Below, piece after piece: positions 24,957 to 34,097 of a DNA stretch of 34,097 nt (within the stretch, counting starts at the first letter, position 1; every line of letters begins with the position of its first letter). Source of the DNA: Catajapyx aquilonaris. Lineage: Eukaryota. The stretch lies in NCBI GenBank assembly GCA_000934665.2, contig JYFJ02004196.1:1-34097 (forward strand). The letters are read 5' to 3'. The notes beneath the pieces were generated by a model. It was given only the letters and a program-made list of their open reading frames with translations, ran no database searches and had not been told where the DNA came from. The position numbers and the translations under genes are program-made.

Positions 24957-25940
24957 CGCAGCCCCGATCTAAAAACAAACGTCTGATCCCGCCGACGTCC
25001 TCTGCTCGACTAAACCAGCTGAAAGGCCACCACTGCTCCCTACCCCCCTTTTTCTCCCCCATCCCCCACTCCCTCTAACCCTCCCTTTTACAAATACAAG
25101 TCGCTCTTGCATAGTCTTGTACACAGCTTTAAACAGTAAAAAAAAGCGGATTTCTATTCGAGAATTGCATGCCAACCGAATCTGGCTTGAAATAACTATG
25201 CGTGCGGTCATGCATGGGTTGGGATTCGCTTTTAGGAAAAAAAGAGAGAGAAAAAACGCACACAAAAAAAATTTGCGCACAGAAAGAGGTAATTTTAATT
25301 GAATAAGTCTCGAAAAACGGGATCTGACTTTTCAAGGACGACTTGTTTGGAGTTTATTATACATTGCGTACTATTTAGTGCAGCGGATCGAGTTAAATGC
25401 GGGGGAGGGCTTCAGATTGAATAATACCTTGGGTTGAGCAAATAGAGGTAGTCGCACACGATTTCCGATTATGTAAGGGTGTTATATGCGCTTGGTTGGA
25501 ACACTTTGACAAGCCATTTCGTGTTTCGAATTGAGGTGTTATGTCGTATCGGGTGAAAGGAAAACACACCTGCTTTCTCCAAACTTTTTTAATTTAATTT
25601 ATTTTGACTGTCAGTAGAGTAAGTGGGTGCCAAGTATTTAACTTGAAAAATTGGAATATGAGCACGATTCTTCTAAAGTACCAGTTAATTTTTTGTTTTA
25701 AATTCCTCGGAGTCATAGAAGGCCTAAATTGAAATCAATTGTATGATCTTAATCGCCTGACAAAAAAAATTGGCACATGAATAAATAATTTCATATATAA
25801 ATCTGACTATACTAATAAATTACTGTACTTTTAGTGCCGTCAATGCAATTAGGAATTTGTAATGATTTTTTTGCATAATATGGCATTGTCTATAATTTAT
25901 TACTCTACTGCACTGAAAAGTGTTTGTCAAGTACTTTTTT

Positions 25941-25960
25941 AAATAAATAAATAAATAAAT
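25941..25960. repeat. (AAAT)5 microsatellite
   Basis: aaataaataaataaataaat read directly. Confidence 0.85.
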
Positions 25961-28194
25961 ATATGTTCATTTTACGACCAGTTTTTCCAAGTGGACATGA
26001 CTGTTGTTGTGTTTTAAAATCTCATACCCCTCATTTACAAGTACAAGAAAAGTGACGGGGGCTGCTTCATTACACGACGATATGTAGCAATATTTGCAGT
26101 ACCAACAGTGCACACGTGTAAAATTTTCATGAGCATTTCCCGCGAGCGTTTAAGAGAGAGAAAAAATTACTAGCGAGACCTATAGGATTTATGAGCCACC
26201 CTGCACATATATCGACTGCGTTTCAGCGTAACTCTTCTATCCCACTCCATAAATAGCCCATCCAATTTGTTTTCTGCAAACTGAAGGTAAGCCTTGAGGC
26301 TTCCTCTTTTCCCTTTATCATTTTGTCAGTCTACAGGTATGAATAAAAGATCGTCCACTGTTGTTTTTTTTCTTCTTCTCTCAACTATCCACGCATCGTT
26401 TCAGATGATAAATGACCTAGTTACATCTGTGAACATAAACACCTGCGCGTATATGCACTCACTGTGCGCATTTCCGGAAGCATTTTTTTTTTTTTGCGAA
26501 TTTGCGTGTTGTGTTGAAGGGAACTCACGATTTTGCGCAGGTGTTAATATCAAATTCTGTGCGAATCACGTGGGTATGATGTTCAGAAATAATTCTGGTC
26601 GTGTGATTTTGCAAATGCAAAATTCCCTTTTCCAGCTCTATCACTTTTAGCGCTGAAACCCCCTCGGCACTCGATCATTCCTGACAAACGAAGCCCTGGA
26701 AACTTTTGCAAAATTTCCTAGCCTATCCTCGCCTCTGCAAGAAAATTAATCATCCCGCATTTAAAAAACCGGGTAATAATCAGTCGATGGGGGCGTAGTT
26801 CGTCACAATCCGGTGTGTTCGTGCGAACTGAATGGTTTTCCCGATGTAAGATTACAAGGCTTTGAATCGATATAACCGAGGGATCGATGGTGTCTACCTA
26901 CTCCCCTGAAATGGCAACAAGGATGGCAGTAAAAAACATTTTGGGAATGGGAAGCTGGATTATTCCCATATAAAACCGGACATAATCCCGAGTGTCAGAG
27001 CAGTGAAGCAAGATTGTCATTTTACATATCCGCCTACTGGTGTGCTTCACCGACTGGAACAATGGGCCAGCTGGAGATGAAGCGCCGGATATAACCGGTA
27101 CAACTGACAATACCCGGCCACGTATTTCTGGGAATAATGCAGGTGAGCCCACACACACAATATGTAGTGCAAGGGTCAAGGACGGGATAGTTGAAGTAAT
27201 AGTTGTTGCGTATATGCATCTTCCTCATTCCAACTCATGTCTTCAGAAAAAGTGCGTCAAATTGTATACACTTGGTCCAAAGTGCGTTGGATACACATGA
27301 GAAAAATGTTGGTAAATGAACCCAACATAGGCCCCCAGTGCCTACTGAGCAATCTACTTTTACCACCTCGATTAGCATCGGATTACCCCCTCTAGGTTAT
27401 GATTTGGGCGTGGCTGCATTTCCAGAGAGGTCTTCGCACCCCATGAAAGCACATTTCAATGCAGAAAAAAAAAGCTGATCAAGCTGCTGCCTCTTGGTCC
27501 ATCCCATCATCTTTTTCATTGATACACAGCGGCTCGGCTCGATGGCAGGGAGCAAGGCTACTCGTCAAGGGGTCAATCAGACAGTTCGGAATGGAACAGA
27601 TTAAAGGATGAAAACACCAGAGCATTTCATCATGTACAACTCACAAATAAGCAAGCATTAATTAACTTACCTCGCATGCTCAGTATCTACTGAACAAATA
27701 ACAAGCTTGAATGGCTTATCCATGTATAGAAAAGTCAGTGATTTGTAAATACTAATCAGAACCTCGACTTGCACGAGCTATTGTTGACCTTCGTCATGTT
27801 GATAACAATTTCTAGAAATGAAAAGTGATAAGATAATGGGGTAAGTTACAAAGTTAAAACGTTTTCATGTACTATCAGGGACACCCAGATGTCTTGCATT
27901 CTCATTGTATGTACGGCTGCCCAGAATATTGCATCCCTGATTACGCTGCGAGTGGATTGCTCCCATTGAGATTCAGCCACCGAGACAATTAGAAAAGCTG
28001 TAACATTCTTGAGCCTGACTTCCATGGCTTTAATGGCATTCAGACAAAAAAAAAAAAAGAGGACCTTCCCGCACATGAAAATAAACAAGACGCCTCCTTA
28101 ATGGGACTGTAAAACATAGCATCAATAAACAGGTGACTCAACCAAGTTCATGGGACCCGCTGCTTGGACCGACCATCCCTCCCAAAAAAGGAAA

Positions 28195-29397
28195 CATTTG
28201 CGGAGACTTTGTATTTATTCACTCTCAAGTGCTACTTGCAGGTCACAATTATTTGGATACTAACATTAACAAAACATCTGTACAGCAAACAATGTACACC
28301 AGCTATTACACAAAAGTTTTCATTTCTTTTGTTGTTTTTAAAATGTTAACCATAGTTTCCCCTTCCCCATCCCCAAGAAAGCTGGTTTATAAACATATCC
28401 AAACATTACTGCAAGGAAAAGATCTGTTTTTAAAAGACCTGTATGTTTTATAATTCTTGGTTTACAGACTCAACCACTCTCGGATTTAACTTCACTCTTA
28501 CAGCGACGAGATAATTACTGTAAACCTCTCTCTCACCACTCATTCACGGGTACTTTTTCTTTTATATCACAAATACTACATCTATATATTTTTTTTTGCA
28601 TTTTGTTTGTTATTTTAAGGCTGGTCCTCAATGTTTAGTTTTCCCCCACCTGCCAATAAGCAGGGGAGGAAAAAAAAAGGTTTTCAGCAAAAAACCACGG
28701 TACAATCCTCAAGAAAAGCGTTCAATAACTTAATCCCTCAAAAGGACTCCGGACATGAAAGTAATACGAGATTCCCTGAACCCTGCAGGAAACCACATAA
28801 TAAATTATTCCAACCCACACTTTTCCGTTCCTCGTGTTTCATTTTTCTTACAATGTAATATATAATTTATCTCTCCCCTTTTCCTTCTTTCTCTCTCTTT
28901 TTTTTATCCATTCTACTCTGTACAGGTGAACCTGAGAAAATGTACACATCACAGTCAAACACTGGAGAAATCTCCCAAAAAAAGTCATCAACTTCATTTT
29001 GGCAAAATTTTCCATGGATGCTAATACTGTAGGTCGACAGGCTTCTCACTCTTCTTCTATTTTTCCATCACTCATGCAGAAAGTGAACTGAGAAGCAAAG
29101 CTCGAAAAGAACTAAGGCCATGCTCGTAAATTCAGATGTGATTAGAACTTTTTTGTTAAGCAAGATCCGAAAAATGAAGAATAAAAGAACCCCATTTTCC
29201 CTGCACCATCCCTCCCTTCCTCCCACCCACCCCCTACTTCTCATTCCAAATGTGTGCGATGCTCAAAAAACCTGCTGAAAAATTCTCACTTCATTCGGCC
29301 CACATCCCCCCATGAAATTTCTTTTTTCTTCACTTGCATTGAGCTGTGCTTTCAACAAGCAACAAAATCTTTCCTTCCCCCCCCGGTCACTCATGTC
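28195..29397 (-). terminator. AdipoR: Probable AdipoR 3'UTR with polyadenylation signal AATAAA at 28219-28214; lower boundary approximate
   Basis: First canonical AATAAA I found on the minus strand after the stop. It is preceded by three TGTA motifs within ~100 nt (28279-28310) and followed by a GT/T-rich tract (tgtttccttttttg). Confidence 0.6.
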
Positions 29398-29532
29398 TTA
29401 GAAGATAACCTCCCCCGTGATCTGATCACATGAGCCGGTGGTCAGCCTGTACACAGCCATCTCGGAAATGCCATGATAGTGGACGAAAGCTGCCAGGATC
29501 ACAAAGATGTGAAAGAGCTGGTGGCTCTGGAA
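29398..29532 (-). CDS. AdipoR: Adiponectin receptor, last coding exon: TM7 and stop (not in the ORF track)
   Basis: Acceptor ttttcttccatttcag|, then FQSHQLFHIFVILAAFVHYHGISEMAVYRLTTGSCDQITGEVIF-TAA (135 nt, phase 0). Carries the conserved HxxxH zinc-ligand motif. Confidence 0.97.
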   Translation of the reverse strand, partial: FQSHQLFHIFVILAAFVHYHGISEMAVYRLTTGSCDQITGEVIF

Positions 29533-31564
29533 CTGAAATGGAAGAAAACAGATCATTAAAATTGGTTCGGCAAGTAGAAAATGAATTAAAGCAACACTTT
29601 CATTTCAACCCAATCCGTATGCAACAAAACCAGTCTATAATAATCCCTCAGCAGAAACTTGTATATTGTGTAATTTTAATTTTGTCCCCCATAGAAATTT
29701 TAATTGCCTTTTGTAGGCAACATAATGAAAACCTGTTCATCAAGGATAATTTCAACGAAACAAAGACTGTTATTGGCAGATTTACACTGAGGCTGAATAT
29801 AAATTGAATGGGCTCATGCCAGAGTCAGTAACTGTTAACATATTGCCAATTGTTCTTTGGACATTTCTTTGGCAGAAAAATTTCAGGGGCCGAAAAACTG
29901 CTGTTGCACTGTTATTTTAAGGATAATGTCGACCTTCATGTCAAAAACTATGTGAAATATGACGGAAAAACAATATCCATACAAATTTGGTAAAAACAGC
30001 AACATGAGCGTTATTTACATGCAAGTGGTCATGCGTTTTTGTCTGCCCGTTCACTGTCACATTCCTGATGTGATATTAATTTTGTCACCAAGAGAAACAC
30101 TCGCCCCTGTGAAAGCCAGAAGTATCAATGCTATCTTCGAACATCATTGAAAGCTGGCAGAAGAGAATGTCATCATTTGACTCTGGCAAGTCAGAAGTCT
30201 AGTAGTGGCTATTTCATGGCCCCAGCAATAGCTAAACTTCATTTTTGTCGGGATTGAACAGTACACATGTAGGTTAGGTAAGTACTATCGCAGCCAAAAA
30301 GATGAAAGATGGGTTACTGCATTTTCCCACTGAAGCAAAGACATCACTGGAATGCCAGTGTCAGAGCCCATGATCATAGTCCACCTTCATATTTTTGGCC
30401 ACAACAGTAAATCTGCAGCAGAGAAAAAAATGGTATTAACAAATCGAGACAAATCGAAACATGAACACTCTGATAGACAGGTCACTAGCTTATTTCACTA
30501 GCTACCTGCGTGTGCTCGAGACTCCTGCTATTGCTTCACAGGACTACATTTTTATTTCGTGTAACTATGCCATAAAGAGCAACAAAAATTTGTCACAAAT
30601 TTGAACTACAATCCTGTCTAATATTAACCTTGTCCAAGTAAGGCTCGATATTTGCACTGTTTCTAACACCAAAGTTATTACACAAAAAGTGCAAGTTAAT
30701 TCACATTTCAGTACGATGTGTGATAGTTTCTTGCATCATGCATTATATGAAATTTATGGTTGGGTTTCTTCTGCTTAGTTGCACATTACTCAATCCCAGG
30801 GAAAGTGAAGTGGTACAGTATGTAACATCTCATGTTCCAATTCAAGCAGTAAAAACTCCACATTTCATTTACAGCTCTGCAGAATAAAGCCAGGTGTGCA
30901 TCAACATCCTAACTGGCTTCATGTGGTAAACGAAAGCAAAGTGTGTTTACAGTGCACCCTTCTTGTTGAAAGAATGTAGTGCAGCAAGCCAAAACTTACA
31001 GGTGCAGTGCTTTCAACCTTTCTGACAACAACAAATCAACACGTCTGTCAAAGCATTTTTCTCTGACACCATTGAACAACAATGTAATGTTTCAAAGGCC
31101 CTGCAATAGCCAATGCCAGCAGTGCAAATGAGGCATGTAATTCTGTGATGTTGAAAATACCTGATTTTTCCTACCAAATGTTACTCCAAATGGGCAAGCA
31201 TTTGTAGTGAATCATTACTGAAAAGTCTGTCTTACGTGTTTGCAAGAACGAACAAAGGTGACCAAACCTACAGTGTCTACTGCTGTACGGTCAGGATCAT
31301 AACTGAATAGTGTATAATATCAAGTAGGTCATTTCAATGTGCAAGTGCCAGTTATGTGTACATTACTTCAACTGAACTCAATGAGAAATAAGCACATGCT
31401 CACTAAGAGATATTACTCGACAGGGCTCCTGTGAATTGCATGCTGAATTGTTCAGATGCACTCTCTTATTGCTGATGCAGCTGCAACAATTGGTCAATTG
31501 CACAACCCCTAATAAATCCTCACGACTGACACCTAACTGTACCTCCCTGGCTCCCCGTACTCAC

Positions 31565-31946
31565 CCAAATGTCGCACTTCCCTGGGAACCACCTCTCTGG
31601 GACCCTGAGAGCGTACAAGAGGGCGCCAATGATGTAGAGCAGCCCCATAAGGATGAGCCAACCGAGGGATGCTTTTGAGATGGCGTTGAACCACCCCTCG
31701 GCCACTGCATAGTGAATTGCGGGCACAACCCCACTAAGTCCAAAACCCATGAAGATCCCCGCCCTCAAGGGCCGGAACTTGGGCTCCCCGAAGCGGTCCC
31801 ACATTGAGACGATGATGGAGGTGATGCCTAAGACCACGACTACGCTTAGATAGATTATCTTGGGCTGAAAGTCGCAGTAGAAGCCGTAGTACAGCCACGG
31901 GACAAACGAACCCATTATCAGCATAGCTATCCCACAATAGTCCAAT
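31565..31946 (-). CDS. AdipoR: Adiponectin receptor, internal coding exon: TM3-TM6
   Basis: Acceptor tttgtcattttcag|A completes the split Lys codon, then LDYCGIAMLIMGSFVPWLYYGFYC...RVPERWFPGKCDIW; donor TGG|gtgagt (phase 0); 382 nt. Confidence 0.97.
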
Positions 31947-32950
31947 CTGAAAATGACAAAGGCATGAAATTAGTACCCATGACATGGTAATAAATGAGAT
32001 AGAGGCAACCACGACTTGTCTAACTTGAGCCGATTGGTTTACTGAATAGTAACAATGCCTTAGTTAATATGATTTCTTGGCTGGAGGGAAAAAGGCCACA
32101 CCCAACTCCCCACGGGCTTACAGGCAGTGGCAACGTATAATCGTGGCCTTTCCTGCTCTAAGTGGATGCCAAATGGAGATGCTAATTTTGAAAAGTGTGC
32201 AAGTTCTGATATGAAAATTTTCAAATTCAACTGGATGAAAGCCAGGTAGTTGGTAATAAATGCAGCACACAGTGTGCACTGTAAATTGCTAAATGATTCC
32301 AGTTTACCGGCATGAAAAATTACAATTCCGGTGCAAGTCATTTGAAACTACATTTACCTGCTTGCACGCTATTAAACTATCAAATGATGGGACAACTCCA
32401 GTTAAAACACCTTATGCAACTACTGGTTTCAATGGTGTGCCTACAACAAGGAAAACAATTTACCCTTAACAAACACCTACTTACTACCAAGTTTCCGTGA
32501 TGGGACAAAACGCATTACTGCGCACAACTTCAAACTTGCAAAACCCTAACTTTGAAGGCTGCACAGCATGAACTGTTGCAATGAAACGACAACTTCAGAG
32601 AGAACGCTTTCCACCACAATCAATCCAATGAATTGTGCAAAACGTCCCTTGACACCTTCCATCCAATCAGCAAAATGAACTGGGGTTGTTGGATGATGGA
32701 AAGGGGGAGGGAAGTGCCTGGTAGATGCGTTTGTATTATAATGATTGGCTTCGCCCATTTCCCACCTGAAGTTCCAAGTCTACCACCACCGAGGACTTTG
32801 GTTTTCACTTCATAAAACATACTGCAAGGTGCGCTTCATGCATGAATTCTGCGTCCAATGTGCTAACTCTTCCGTACATGTCACCATCCAAGTTTGATTA
32901 CTGCTAGTACACTTCCTTAACTAAGCATATAAAACAAAGAGGTGTCTCAC

Positions 32951-33411
32951 TTGCTAAAGAGCTTCCCAACAAATTCTGAGTGACAATGGAAGGTATGGAA
33001 GGCGAAGGAGAGTCCGAGACACATGACGGCCCCGAGGAAGAAGGAGGCAAAGACCAGCTTCTCTTGCAGGGGAACCTCAATGGAGGGTCTCGTAAGAAAG
33101 TACGAGGCCACCCCAACGAAGGCAACGCAGCCCAGCAGATGTGTCCAGATGTTCCCAGTCTCGGTGTGGATCCGGAAGATGGACTTGAGACAGGCAGAGA
33201 AGGATGGTAGAGGGGGCCGGTGACCCCAGATCAGAAAGTCGTTGTCCTGCAGCCACTTTGGGAGGGCCGAGAAGTGACAGACATTCCAAGATGCCTCCCA
33301 CACTTTCCGCACAAACTCTTCCGCTTGCTCGGCCGCACAATGGGCTAGCGCTCCAAGGTCTAGCTCATCATCACTGTCCTCCTCTTCCGGGTTTAGAAGC
33401 TCTGGCTTCAG
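32951..33411 (-). CDS. AdipoR: Adiponectin receptor (PAQR family), internal coding exon: N-terminal cytoplasmic region, TM1 and TM2
   Basis: Encodes LKPELL...AEEFVRKVWEASWNVCHFSALPKWLQDNDFLIWGHRPPLPSF...SIFRIHTETGNIWTHLLG...FHTFHCHSEFVGKLFS(K), the hallmark AdipoR motifs. Acceptor ...ttcctaccattacag| before 33411 (phase 0); donor AA|gtgaga after 32951 (phase 2); 461 nt. Confidence 0.97.
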
Positions 33412-34097
33412 CTGTAATGGTAGGAAGGACTGGTCACGTGAGGTTAAGAGAGAGAAAGAGGAGGGAGGATTAGTCGCACATGAAACCAACAGTTTACACC
33501 ATAATGGTGAGATCTGATGGTGTGATCTCTCGGTTGATGTCCAGATATGCAGGGAATCTTCGGATTCCCTGTCTTTCTTGCAAATTTGCCAAGTGGGAGT
33601 GGAAAACACCATCCAAAGTAATACAGTTCATTAGATGAGAATCACTGTTTCATATTTTTACTTGTTAACATATTTTACTGTCACTATTCAACAGGTGTCT
33701 GACTGGGTAAGGATAAGGTCACATCCTCAACCAGTCACTGTGGGATTTATATTGATTGACATCCCGACATGAATCAAAGGTCAAGCCACAAGGAGCTACA
33801 CCATAGGTCAGCAAAATGGCAAGTAATGGCATTAAATTCTCATCCAACAAATTATTTACTTTTCATTTTCTGTAAAGAATGTTCCATGCAGATGTAAGCT
33901 GAGAAAAAAATATCGAGGCTAATATTAGAGCGATTACTGTGGAATGTTATTTCTGTTACATGCAGTATTCAAATAACGCAGTGCCAGTCACGCATCTGCT
34001 CACATTACCAATAAAGCATAATATTACTGAACTAACAATTTGACTTTCAATTCACCTAACCTATTCATATGTAAACTATTTATATCCAAAGCAACAT

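Noticed and set aside
46..28858. Remaining 60-174 aa ORFs in the track (e.g. 5340, 7637, 12766, 21839, 23184)
   Set aside because: No recognisable domains, many non-ATG starts, composition driven by A/T homopolymers; consistent with chance ORFs in non-coding eukaryotic DNA.
29430..33473. Plus-strand ORFs overlapping AdipoR exons (29430, 31436, 32980, 33023, 33204)
   Set aside because: Antisense shadows of real coding exons, with no recognisable domains.
33412..33612. N-terminal part of the 221-aa ORF as AdipoR coding sequence
   Set aside because: No AdipoR resemblance, and it contains the polypyrimidine tract and acceptor at 33412-33413; it is intron read-through. The same applies to 31520-31564 after the DIW donor.
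1..34097. CRISPR array, tRNA/rRNA genes, transposase or reverse-transcriptase ORFs, horizontally acquired prokaryotic genes
   Set aside because: No regularly spaced repeats, cloverleaf or A/B-box pairs, or long ORFs with such motifs were seen by eye.

Overview
Eukaryotic (arthropod-like invertebrate) genomic DNA; no prokaryotic genes, RNA genes or CRISPR arrays are visible. The right end holds the last three coding exons of an adiponectin receptor (AdipoR/PAQR) gene on the minus strand (33411-32951, 31946-31565, 29532-29398), with GT-AG introns whose phases join correctly, a likely ~1.2 kb 3'UTR ending near 28.2 kb, and clear CpG depletion. Its 5' exon(s) probably lie beyond the window. The remaining ~28 kb is CpG-rich and almost entirely non-coding. 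It looks like the upstream/intronic regulatory territory of a second, unidentified minus-strand gene, of which one convincing exon is visible (Ala/Thr- and His-rich, ending in a GTAAG donor at 18725). This territory is dense in nuclear-receptor elements (three perfect AGGTCA-n-AGGTCA DR1 sites, six perfect half-sites within 180 bp, several RORE-type sites), and also has PAR-bZIP D-boxes and a CRE pair, suggesting a hormone/clock/cAMP-controlled locus. Other notable features are two abutting near-perfect palindromes at 15.7-15.8 kb, an out-of-frame uORF overlapping the His-rich exon, and decayed DNA-transposon remnants. Most ORFs in the supplied track look spurious. All motif counts were made by hand and need computational confirmation.
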